From NCBI GenBank assembly GCA_946491735.1, contig CAMLYK010000001.1:1769-65768 (forward strand): a DNA stretch of 64,000 bases, given 5' to 3'. Below the pieces are notes generated by a model. It searched no databases, was not told where the DNA came from, and saw nothing but the letters and a program-made list of their open reading frames with translations. Positions 27,304 to 36,258 of the stretch are shown one piece after another. The DNA is from an uncultured Clostridia bacterium (GTDB taxonomy: Bacteria > Bacillota > Clostridia > Christensenellales > UBA1242). The translations under genes were made by a program, and so were the position numbers. The stretch's first letter is position 1; each line of letters begins with the position of its first letter.

Positions 27304-27897
27304 ATGAAAAAAGCTGAATACAAAAATGCGATACTTAGCAAAAAAAAAATTGCCTCCACCTATCTAACGCTTTTAATTGAAACGGACAACAAGTTTAGTG
27401 TCACAGATATTGTTCGTGTGGCGGGAATAAATCGTGGAACTTTTTATTTGCATTTTAAAAATCTTAATGACGTTGCCAAATTCATTGAAGATGAGTTGGC
27501 TTCTAATTTCAAAGAATTGGAAATTGATTTTAGAATGTCAGATATTGACCATTTACCTGAAGTAATGATTGAAAAATTAAATGAAATTTTGTCAAAAGAT
27601 ATTGACTATTACAAACTTATCATCACTGCTTCTGATGATGGAAACTTAATGGAAAAAATAAAAAATTCTATTTTAAAATCCATTTCAAATAACTTCAAAG
27701 TTATGAAATACGTCACCAACTATGAGAATTTTAAAATTGTGGTACAATATATTGTTGGTGGAGTAGTCAACGTATATACTGATTGGTTTAAAGGAAATAT
27801 AAATTGCAAATTAGATGAATTGAAAGACTTTTTGCCAAATTTAATTCGCAATGGAATAAAAGGAATAATTAAATATAATGCAAACGACTATTATTGA
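27304..27897 (+). CDS. TetR/AcrR-family transcriptional regulator
   Basis: Start re-called to ATG 27304. HTH FSVTDIVRVAGINRGTFYLHF. Confidence 0.75.
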   Translation: MKKAEYKNAILSKKKIASTYLTLLIETDNKFSVTDIVRVAGINRGTFYLHFKNLNDVAKFIEDELASNFKELEIDFRMSDIDHLPEVMIEKLNEILSKDIDYYKLIITASDDGNLMEKIKNSILKSISNNFKVMKYVTNYENFKIVVQYIVGGVVNVYTDWFKGNINCKLDELKDFLPNLIRNGIKGIIKYNANDYY

Positions 27898-29146
27898 TTA
27901 TGGAATGAATGCGGAAGGTGTGGCAAAAGTTGATAACTTTATATATTTTGTTCCATACGCACTCAAAGGTGAAGAAGTAGATATTGAAGTTGAAAAAGCA
28001 TTCAAAAATTATGCTGTCGCAAAATTAAATAGCATAATTACTCTTTCACCCGAACGAATCTCTCCTCCCTGTCCATATTTTTACCAGTGCGGAGGATGTT
28101 CTTTGCAACATATGCAATACGCTGAACAATTAAAATACAAATCTATGCTGGTAAATAAGACAATAAAAAAGATAACACAACTTGACATAAAAGTTGAAAA
28201 CACAACTGCTAGTGATAAAATTTTCAATTATAGGAACAAAGCTAGCTTCAGTTTTTCAACTGACAAAGCAGGCTTTTACAGACCAAACTCAAAAGAAATT
28301 ATAAACATTGACCATTGCATGCTTTTAAATGATAATATCAATAAAGTATATAGTTTGTTTTTACAATATTTAAAAAGAAATCAATCAGTTCGTCCCAATA
28401 TAAAGAACCTAGTAGTACGCAATATTGACAATCAAATATTAGTAGGCATCGTATGCAAAAAACAATTTGATTGTCATGATTTTTTTGACATATTAGCAAA
28501 AAATTTTGAGCAAATTGGACTATATTTGATTATAAACAATAGAAAAGATTCAGTGGTGCTTAGTGGAAAATCCATACATATTGCAGGCATCAGGCAAATT
28601 AAAACTAAAAATTTTGATATCAATTATGATCTTGATTTGCTATCCTTTCATCAAACAAATATCGATATTCAAAATAAACTTTACTCAAAGATATTGGAAT
28701 ATGTCAAAGAAGACGATGTTGTGATCAATGCATACAGTGGAGCCGGGCTTTTGACTGCAATACTTGCAAGCAAAGCAAAATTTGTATACGGAGTTGAAAT
28801 AGAAAAGAGTTCACACAAAAATGCAGAAGAATTAAAAAAATTAAATGGTATAAAAAATATAAAAAATATTCTAGGCGATTTTAATCGTGAATATAATTCA
28901 ATTAAACAGATTGCAGATGTCATCATTTTAGATCCGTCAAAAAAAGGATGCGGAAAGGACACAATGCGACAAATTAATGGAATAAATTCCATAATTTATA
29001 TCTCATGTAATCCAATTGCTCTATCAAAAGATTTGCAAATTATAAAAAATAACTATATAATAGAAAGTATTATACTATATGATATGTTCCCTAATACCAA
29101 CAATGTGGAAAGTTTGGTTAAACTTAAATTTAAAGGAGAAAAATAA
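27878..29146 (+). CDS. 23S rRNA (uracil-C5)-methyltransferase, RumA/RlmCD family
   Basis: 422 aa. TRAM-like N-terminus, Fe-S cysteines CPYFYQCGGCSLQH, SAM loop AYSGAGLL and catalytic YISCNP. Confidence 0.8.
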   Translation: MQTTIIDYGMNAEGVAKVDNFIYFVPYALKGEEVDIEVEKAFKNYAVAKLNSIITLSPERISPPCPYFYQCGGCSLQHMQYAEQLKYKSMLVNKTIKKITQLDIKVENTTASDKIFNYRNKASFSFSTDKAGFYRPNSKEIINIDHCMLLNDNINKVYSLFLQYLKRNQSVRPNIKNLVVRNIDNQILVGIVCKKQFDCHDFFDILAKNFEQIGLYLIINNRKDSVVLSGKSIHIAGIRQIKTKNFDINYDLDLLSFHQTNIDIQNKLYSKILEYVKEDDVVINAYSGAGLLTAILASKAKFVYGVEIEKSSHKNAEELKKLNGIKNIKNILGDFNREYNSIKQIADVIILDPSKKGCGKDTMRQINGINSIIYISCNPIALSKDLQIIKNNYIIESIILYDMFPNTNNVESLVKLKFKGEK

Positions 29147-29991
29147 TGATATTAAGTACAGATTCTACAGCCAATTTACCAAAAGAATACTATGAACAAT
29201 TGAATATTCGAATGATACCAATGCAGATAAATCTTGACGACAAGACATACAACGACTTGAGTGAAGAATTACCTGTGGAAGAATATTATCAAAAAATGTG
29301 TGAAGGAAGCACGCCTACCACTTCTCAAATTAATGAATTCCGAGCACGTGAATATTTAGAAGATTTGCTAAAATCGGGCGAAGATATTTTACATATAGGA
29401 TTTTCATCCGCTCTTAGCGGAAGTACTGCCACGATGAAAAGATTGGCAGATGAATATAATCAAAAAAATAAGAATAAAATCATAGTCATAGACTCACTAA
29501 ATGCAGCATCTGGCGAAGGGTTACTTGTTCTCAAAGCTCATGATTTGATGCAAGAAGGAAAATCAATAGACGAGATCGCTCAACAGATCACTGATCTGAT
29601 CCCAAATTCATGTAGTTATTTTACTGTTGAACAATTAAAATATCTGGTGCGAGGTGGAAGAGTCAGCAAGATCTCAGGAATGATTGGTTCCCTTCTCAAT
29701 ATAAAACCAGTCCTTCGCGTTGATGAACAGGGAAGATTAGTTTCATATCGAAAGATAATTTCAAGAAGAAAAGCTATAAACGAATTGGCAAAAATCTGTG
29801 CTGAAAAAATTGCAGATAAAAAATATGTGTTTATCAACCATGCAGTATGTATTGAGGATGCGAACAATTTGGCAACCATGTTGAAAAATGAACTTGGAGT
29901 GGAACCAATTATAACTGACTTGACACAAGTAATCGGCTGTCATACCGGTCCTGGACTGCTTGCTGTGTTCTTCTTCGGTAAAGAAAAATAA
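29146..29991 (+). CDS. DegV-family fatty-acid-binding protein
   Basis: 281 aa. TSQIN motif and LKYLVRGGRVS motif. The start overlaps the upstream stop (TAATG). Confidence 0.8.
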   Translation: MILSTDSTANLPKEYYEQLNIRMIPMQINLDDKTYNDLSEELPVEEYYQKMCEGSTPTTSQINEFRAREYLEDLLKSGEDILHIGFSSALSGSTATMKRLADEYNQKNKNKIIVIDSLNAASGEGLLVLKAHDLMQEGKSIDEIAQQITDLIPNSCSYFTVEQLKYLVRGGRVSKISGMIGSLLNIKPVLRVDEQGRLVSYRKIISRRKAINELAKICAEKIADKKYVFINHAVCIEDANNLATMLKNELGVEPIITDLTQVIGCHTGPGLLAVFFFGKEK

Positions 29992-30088
29992 TATAAAAAA
30001 ATCTACAATCATTAATGCTCTAAATATAGCTTAGAGTATGCTTTGTAGATTTTTTATTTCTTATGTAAAACGAAATTGTTTTAAAATT

Positions 30089-30598
30089 TTATTGTATCTC
30101 ATCTTTTGAAAAGGTCATGTCACAATACGGACAATGCCACTTGTCACCATCTTGCTCCAACTTCCCACCGCAATTATTACACTTTTTGATATGTAACTTG
30201 GCTTGAGGTTGTTGCTTGTCATTCATTGTAAGAGTCGTTCCATCATAGAGATATCCCACTAAATATTTTTTATTGATCGCTTTATATAATTCAGTTTTAA
30301 CCTCTTTATCTTTCATTGAAAGTTGTTGTGCGATTTCACTATTCGTCAATAAGTTTTCTTCAACCACGGCTTCAACTACACGTTTGGTTTTTCTTTTACC
30401 CGCATAAGATATCCAAAGCAACGGGGAACCATAAAAGCCAAACACAACAAATACTATCCCAATCGCCATAATGACCCAATTCTTTCCGGCGAACATGGCA
30501 ATCAAAGGAATGCCCACGACAAATAATACACTCGCAATTATCGAGATGATCAGCATCTTATTTTCATCTTTTTTTATTCTTTTTAAATTTTCTTTCAT
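30089..30598 (-). CDS. Membrane protein with C-terminal zinc ribbon, function unknown
   Basis: 169 aa. Two or three TM helices, then CNNCGGKLE...HCPYCD. Confidence 0.5.
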   Translation of the reverse strand: MKENLKRIKKDENKMLIISIIASVLFVVGIPLIAMFAGKNWVIMAIGIVFVVFGFYGSPLLWISYAGKRKTKRVVEAVVEENLLTNSEIAQQLSMKDKEVKTELYKAINKKYLVGYLYDGTTLTMNDKQQPQAKLHIKKCNNCGGKLEQDGDKWHCPYCDMTFSKDEIQ

Positions 30599-30715
30599 AC
30601 TGATATTATATAATATTTTTTATAAATATAAAAATGTTTTTGTTAATTTTATCTATAAATATAAATTATGTTATAAATTTTTATTACTATTTTAAAATTT
30701 AAAACTATTCAATAT

Positions 30716-31420
30716 TTAAAACTTCAATTTATTGTTAAACAAGTGAAATTGTCGTTTATCGTAATCTATCAATCCTTCTTTTTTCATTTTACTTAGTTCA
30801 TTTGACATCGCACTTCTGTCAACTGACAGATAATTGGCAAGTTCAGTAATATTAAATGGAATTTCAAAATAATTAGATTTTGTTTTTTCACTGATTGAAC
30901 TCAGATAAGACAAAAGTTTTTCTCGTGTACTTTTTTTAGACAGATGCGTCAGCTTATCTAAAAGTTTGATATTGCTCTCTGCCACTAGCCTCATCAAATT
31001 TTTAATGACCAAATCATGTCGCTTGCATCTGTTTTCACACGGATTGATCAATCTATGTTTATTCATGAATAGGACCAAACATTTTTCTGTGGCAATTACA
31101 CTATCCTTATAGTAATCATCCCCCGCATATGCACCCTCTACTCCATACACATCTCCTTTTTTTAGTTGCATCACAATTGAAATGTTGCCTAAAATGTCAG
31201 TGTTTTCAACATATGCACAGCCTTTTAATAGCAAAATGATATCTTCCATCCTTTCGCCCTGTGTAATAATTTTTTCATTTTTGTCAAACGTTTTGAACCT
31301 AGTTTTGAAACAAAACATCATCGCCTGACATTCAAATTCAGACGCAGAACTGAATATTTTGGTCGCTTTCAATTCGTTAAAATATTCCATAATTTCATAA
31401 ATTTGTTGTAAAAACAACAT
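30716..31420 (-). CDS. Crp/Fnr-family transcriptional regulator
   Basis: cNMP-binding-like N-domain and C-terminal HTH ITELANYLSVDRSAMSNELSKMKKEGLI. The start is uncertain (ATG 31420 or 31390) and neither has an obvious SD. Confidence 0.7.
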   Translation of the reverse strand: MLFLQQIYEIMEYFNELKATKIFSSASEFECQAMMFCFKTRFKTFDKNEKIITQGERMEDIILLLKGCAYVENTDILGNISIVMQLKKGDVYGVEGAYAGDDYYKDSVIATEKCLVLFMNKHRLINPCENRCKRHDLVIKNLMRLVAESNIKLLDKLTHLSKKSTREKLLSYLSSISEKTKSNYFEIPFNITELANYLSVDRSAMSNELSKMKKEGLIDYDKRQFHLFNNKLKF

Positions 31421-31502
31421 TTTTTATACATTCATTATAGTATAATAGTGTTGTAATGTCAAACAAAAGCAAGTTGTTTGATTTAATCTAAGGGAGGAAA
31501 AT

Positions 31503-33683
31503 ATGAAAGTAATCAAACGTAATGGACAAGAGGTAATCTTCAATCCAGACAAAATTCGAATTGCTGTTACCAAAGCGAACAATTCATTGGATGAGATTGG
31601 CAAGCGATTGTCAGAAAAACAGATCGAAAACATTGTCAATTCTGTCGTCAATGAGTGTGAAGGCATGGGACGAGCTGTTGGTGTTGAAGAAATTCAAGAT
31701 ATGGTCGAATTTTCAATAATGCAGGAAGGGGCGTTCCAAGTTGCAAAGAACTATATCACTTACCGTTACGATAGACAACTTGCTAGGCAAGCAAATACTA
31801 CAGATGAAAAAGTATTCGCATTGATTGATTTAAAAAATGAGGAAATCAAACAAGAAAATTCAAACAAAAATCCTACAGTCAATAGCGTTCAACGTGACTA
31901 CATGGCTGGAGAAATGAGCAAGGATTTGACCAAACGTTTCCTACTTCCTCATCATATTTGGAAAGCACATGAAGACGGAATCATCCATTTCCATGATGCC
32001 GACTATTTTGCACAGCGTATGCACAATTGCGATTTGGTAAACTTGGAGGATATGTTGCAAAATGGGACTGTCATATCTAATACGCTTATAGAACGACCTC
32101 ATTCATTTTCAACGGCATGTAATATAGCCACTCAAATTGTCGCTCAAGTGGCATCTAGCCAATATGGTGGACAAAGCATCAGCATGGCTCATCTTGCGCC
32201 ATTTGTTGACGTCAGCCGTCAAAAAATCAGAAAAGAAGTGGAAGAAGAATTAAAATTAGTCAGCGACAAAGTTGATAAAGATTTATTGGATAAAATTACC
32301 GAGCAACGTGTCAGAAAAGAAATCAACAGAGGAGTACAGACCATTCAGTATCAAGTCATCACGCTCATGACGACAAATGGTCAGGCGCCATTTGTGACCG
32401 AATTTTTGTACTTGGGTGAAGCAAAAAACGAACGTGAAAAAGAAGATTTAGCATTAATCATAGAAGAAACATTGCAACAAAGATATGAGGGTGTTAAGAA
32501 TGAAAAAGGAGTGCCTATCACTCCAGCCTTCCCTAAAATTGTCTATGTGTTGGAAGAGGACAACATTCATCCAGATAGCAAATATTATTACCTTACCGAG
32601 CTAGCAGCAAAATGTACTGCAAAACGTCTTGTTCCAGACTATATCAGTGAAAAGAAAATGCTTGAATTAAAGATTGATAAAAATGGAGAAGGTCATTGCT
32701 ATCCTTGCATGGGATGTAGATCATTCTTGACTCCATATGTTGATGAAAATGGGAAACCTAAATATTACGGAAGATTCAATCAAGGAGTTGTCACAATCAA
32801 TTTGATTGATATCGCACTTTCGAGCGAAAAAGATATGAAAAAATTCTGGAAGATCTTTGATGAGCGTATGGATCTATGTCATGAAGCTCTACGCTGTAGA
32901 CATGAAAGATTGCTCGGCACGACTTCAGATGTCGCTCCTATATTGTGGCAACACGGTGCGATCGCCAGATTAAAACCAGGTGAAAAGATTGATAAATTAC
33001 TGTACGGTGGATATTCAACAATTTCATTAGGATACGCTGGATTATGGGAAACCGTCTACTATCTAAACGGTCACAAATTGACCGAACCTGAAGGTGAAAA
33101 ATTGGGCCTTGAGATAATGAAAAAATTGAACGAATATACGAAGAAATGGAAACAGGCAGAAAACATAGATTATTCATTGTATGGAACACCTCTAGAAAGC
33201 ACAACATACAAATTTGCTAAATGTCTGCAACGCAGATTTGGAATTATTCCTGGTGTGACAGATAAAAATTATGTGACCAACAGTTATCACGTGCATGTAA
33301 CCGAACCAATTGATGCATTTGAAAAACTAAAACTAGAAAGTGAATTCCAAGCACTTAGCCCAGGTGGAGCAATAAGTTATGTTGAAGTGCCAAACATGCA
33401 AGACAATATTCAAGCAGTATTGCAAGTGATAAAATATATTTATGACCACATAATGTATGCCGAATTAAACACAAAATCAGATTACTGTCAAGTTTGTGGC
33501 TACGACGGCGAAATCGTGATTGAAGAGGATAAAGACGGAAAACTCATTTGGGTATGTCCTCATTGTGGAAACAAAGATCAGACCAAAATGAATGTAGCAA
33601 GACGTACATGTGGATATATTGGTAGCCAATTCTGGAATCAAGGCAGGACACAGGAGATACGAGATAGAGTTTTGCACTTGTAA
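31503..33683 (+). CDS. nrdD: Anaerobic ribonucleoside-triphosphate reductase
   Basis: 726 aa. ATP-cone N-terminus (MKVIKRNGQEVIFNPDKI), C-terminal Zn site CQVCG...CPHCG and glycyl-radical motif RRTCGYIG. GGGAGG RBS. Confidence 0.92.
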   Translation: MKVIKRNGQEVIFNPDKIRIAVTKANNSLDEIGKRLSEKQIENIVNSVVNECEGMGRAVGVEEIQDMVEFSIMQEGAFQVAKNYITYRYDRQLARQANTTDEKVFALIDLKNEEIKQENSNKNPTVNSVQRDYMAGEMSKDLTKRFLLPHHIWKAHEDGIIHFHDADYFAQRMHNCDLVNLEDMLQNGTVISNTLIERPHSFSTACNIATQIVAQVASSQYGGQSISMAHLAPFVDVSRQKIRKEVEEELKLVSDKVDKDLLDKITEQRVRKEINRGVQTIQYQVITLMTTNGQAPFVTEFLYLGEAKNEREKEDLALIIEETLQQRYEGVKNEKGVPITPAFPKIVYVLEEDNIHPDSKYYYLTELAAKCTAKRLVPDYISEKKMLELKIDKNGEGHCYPCMGCRSFLTPYVDENGKPKYYGRFNQGVVTINLIDIALSSEKDMKKFWKIFDERMDLCHEALRCRHERLLGTTSDVAPILWQHGAIARLKPGEKIDKLLYGGYSTISLGYAGLWETVYYLNGHKLTEPEGEKLGLEIMKKLNEYTKKWKQAENIDYSLYGTPLESTTYKFAKCLQRRFGIIPGVTDKNYVTNSYHVHVTEPIDAFEKLKLESEFQALSPGGAISYVEVPNMQDNIQAVLQVIKYIYDHIMYAELNTKSDYCQVCGYDGEIVIEEDKDGKLIWVCPHCGNKDQTKMNVARRTCGYIGSQFWNQGRTQEIRDRVLHL

Positions 33684-33701
33684 TTGGCATAAAAGGAAAA
33701 T

Positions 33702-34259
33702 ATGAACTACGGAAATATCAAATACAACGATATTGCTAATGGTGAGGGTGTCCGAGTGTCACTATTTGTCAGCGGATGCACTCATCATTGCAAAAATTGT
33801 TTTAATCCTGAGACATGGGATTTTAATTATGGCAAACCTTTTACATTAGAAACAGAAGATGATATAATCTCTGCTCTTGCCCCCGACCACATTAACGGAC
33901 TTACTTTGCTTGGAGGCGAACCTATGGAACCTGCCAATCAAAAAGCGTTACTTCCTTTTGTAAAACGAGTAAAGTCGTTATACCCTCAAAAAACCATATG
34001 GTGCTATTCAGGATATCTTTTTGACAAAGAACTATTAAATGAAAGTCGAGCCCACTGTCCATGGACAAAAGAATTGTTGTCATATATTGACATTCTTGTG
34101 GATGGAGAATTCAAAGAAGAATTAAAAGATATCACATTACGTTTCAAAGGGAGCAGTAATCAACGTGTGATTGATGTGCAAAGAAGTCTAGAAGAAAACA
34201 AGATTGTACTAAGTCCATATAATGACAAAAAAAATTCAGATTTCCACAAAATTTATTAA
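33702..34259 (+). CDS. nrdG: Anaerobic ribonucleotide reductase activating protein (radical SAM)
   Basis: 185 aa. GCTHHCKNCFNP cluster motif and LLGGEP. Confidence 0.9.
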   Translation: MNYGNIKYNDIANGEGVRVSLFVSGCTHHCKNCFNPETWDFNYGKPFTLETEDDIISALAPDHINGLTLLGGEPMEPANQKALLPFVKRVKSLYPQKTIWCYSGYLFDKELLNESRAHCPWTKELLSYIDILVDGEFKEELKDITLRFKGSSNQRVIDVQRSLEENKIVLSPYNDKKNSDFHKIY

Positions 34260-34278
34260 ATTTGTGGAAATTTTTTTT
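34241..34278 (+). terminator. Rho-independent terminator of nrdDG
   Basis: tttccacaaa / tttgtggaaa 10-bp stem followed by T8. The stop codon lies in the loop. Confidence 0.7.
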
Positions 34279-34567
34279 AATATTTGCTATTATATTCTCA
34301 CAAGGAATATTATGAAAAAAATTAAAGTATTAAAGAGTCTACCCGAAAATAAAAAATCATTATCCAAAACATATAAAAAAAATAGAAAATATAAATATAT
34401 GGAAAAAGATAAATTTTCTGATAAATACCTTCAATATTATGATGATATTAAAATTCCATCACAAAAATATGATTGGTAAAATATTCAAATAAATCAAAAA
34501 ATTAATAAAAAAATAGAAAAATTCAATTATTTTCTATTTTTTTGATATATTTTTTTATTTTTTTTAA

Positions 34568-35425
34568 TTATTCATCTATTTGAATTATATCATCTTCTTT
34601 TTTATTATTTTTTCTATTAATTAACCATGCAATCAATAAGAGAATTCCACTAATTAATATTCCACAACCAAGCAGGACCAACATACAATTTGCTCTATTG
34701 GCAATGTTATAATATATTACCAACTCTTGATCTATATTGTTTTGATCAATAACCCATGTATGATAATATTTTCCATCCAACTCTGTGATATAATTTGCAT
34801 CACTGTGCTCTCTTCGTAAATCTGTTATATATGTGTATAGCAATTCATTATTTTCACTATCTACTAAATTTGGATAATATGTGGAATAATATGCATTTAA
34901 TCTTTGATAAAGATCCGAATAATCAACATACATACTCAATCCGTAATAATAAATTCTGTTATAAAAGAAATGTTCTTCAGTATAAGTCTTTGTGCTGCTC
35001 TCATCGCTAATACCATAATAATAACGATATACGTTCGAATTCTTGAACCTAATACCAATCACGTAAGTGTCATCTTCCCATGAGTCGCCTACAACATTTA
35101 TTCCATTAATAAAACTATTTAATGTGAATATTGTCTCACTATCTGTTGTACTATTGATATCTCTACTGATTCGCATATTGAAATTATAGACAATTTGTTG
35201 GGCTTCATTTAGACTGGATGTTGATATGCGATTTTTCATCTCGTCTACAGTGTATCCTGCCGCTTCAATTTCTTCTTCATTCAAAGTTACATACACCAAT
35301 TCGTCTATCGTGCCATCCTCGTTTGAAACGGTCATCGTTCGAACAGAAGCACACGCACTAAAACACAACACTACAGCAAGTAGCAACACACAAATAATGA
35401 TTCGTAGAGATTTGCTTTTTGTCAT
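34568..35425 (-). CDS. Tyr-rich lipoprotein with an additional C-terminal TM helix, function unknown
   Basis: 285 aa. Signal peptide plus lipobox LCFSAC. C-terminal helix MLVLLGCGILISGILLLIAWLI. Confidence 0.55.
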   Translation of the reverse strand: MTKSKSLRIIICVLLLAVVLCFSACASVRTMTVSNEDGTIDELVYVTLNEEEIEAAGYTVDEMKNRISTSSLNEAQQIVYNFNMRISRDINSTTDSETIFTLNSFINGINVVGDSWEDDTYVIGIRFKNSNVYRYYYGISDESSTKTYTEEHFFYNRIYYYGLSMYVDYSDLYQRLNAYYSTYYPNLVDSENNELLYTYITDLRREHSDANYITELDGKYYHTWVIDQNNIDQELVIYYNIANRANCMLVLLGCGILISGILLLIAWLINRKNNKKEDDIIQIDE

Positions 35426-35463
35426 ATAATAATTTATTCCATTATATCAAAATAAATACTTAA

Positions 35464-36258
35464 TTATTTTCTTTCGTCATCGTCTGCATTCTTAGATACG
35501 TTCATATAATCTATTTGAAATACATCCGCAATATTATTGTGATATGAATTATGCATATTTTCAATTTCATTCTTCATTGAGTAATAATTATCTTCGTTAA
35601 AAATAATATGATCGCTCAATTCTATGCCCAACAATTTGCAACCAACAAGAAGTTTGAATGTTATATCAATATCTTCTTTGCTAGGGATGCATTGACCATG
35701 CGGATGAGTGTGAATGAACACAACACTGCTACAATGCGTGGCTGTGATTTGTGAAAGTAATAATTTGAAATCAAAGCTCACACTCAAATCATCTATTCCC
35801 TCGATTTTTATTTCCTTAATCAATGCATAATTTGAAGATAGACAAAGACAGAAAAATTCCTCTTTATCTTTAACAATATGTTTTTTCCTAAAATATGAAA
35901 TGATCGACTTTATATTGTTTAGTGATTTAATGTTTCCCCTGTCTTTTTTTGAATACATATAATCCGAAAATTGTGCCAACAAATTTAGAAATATTGCACT
36001 TTCACGCTTAATTCCTCTGTTTGCAATCAAATCTTCATATTTTGCATTGCATACATCGTAAATTGAACCATACATATTAAGAAGGTTATGTGCAAGTTCA
36101 TTTGTATCTTTATATGGAATTGCATACGTCAATATCAATTCAAGAACTTCATGCTCATTAAACGAATCAAGTCCAAACTCTACAAATTTGTTTTTCAATC
36201 TCTGTCTATGGCCCGCATGCAAATTTGGTTTTGAATTAGATGTCTGTGCTTTCTTCAT
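35464..36258 (-). CDS. radC: RadC-like JAB/MPN-domain protein (copy 2)
   Basis: 264 aa. GHRQRLKNKF...HEVLELILTY and JAMM motif VFIHTHPHGQCIPSKEDI. The start overlaps the gyrA 3' end by 23 nt. Confidence 0.75.
   Translation of the reverse strand: MKKAQTSNSKPNLHAGHRQRLKNKFVEFGLDSFNEHEVLELILTYAIPYKDTNELAHNLLNMYGSIYDVCNAKYEDLIANRGIKRESAIFLNLLAQFSDYMYSKKDRGNIKSLNNIKSIISYFRKKHIVKDKEEFFCLCLSSNYALIKEIKIEGIDDLSVSFDFKLLLSQITATHCSSVVFIHTHPHGQCIPSKEDIDITFKLLVGCKLLGIELSDHIIFNEDNYYSMKNEIENMHNSYHNNIADVFQIDYMNVSKNADDDERK

Noticed and set aside
31421-31459. NrdR box pair in the nrdD promoter
   Set aside because: Sequences such as acattcattatagta only loosely resemble the 16-bp NrdR palindrome, and no properly spaced second box is seen.
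34222-34479. 85-aa + strand ORF overlapping the nrdG 3' end (an internal 55-aa MKKIKVLK... version is possible)
   Set aside because: The strong nrdG terminator (34241..34278) lies inside it. The Lys-rich product matches no family. The internal start at 34312 has only a weak AAGGA, so I left it unannotated.
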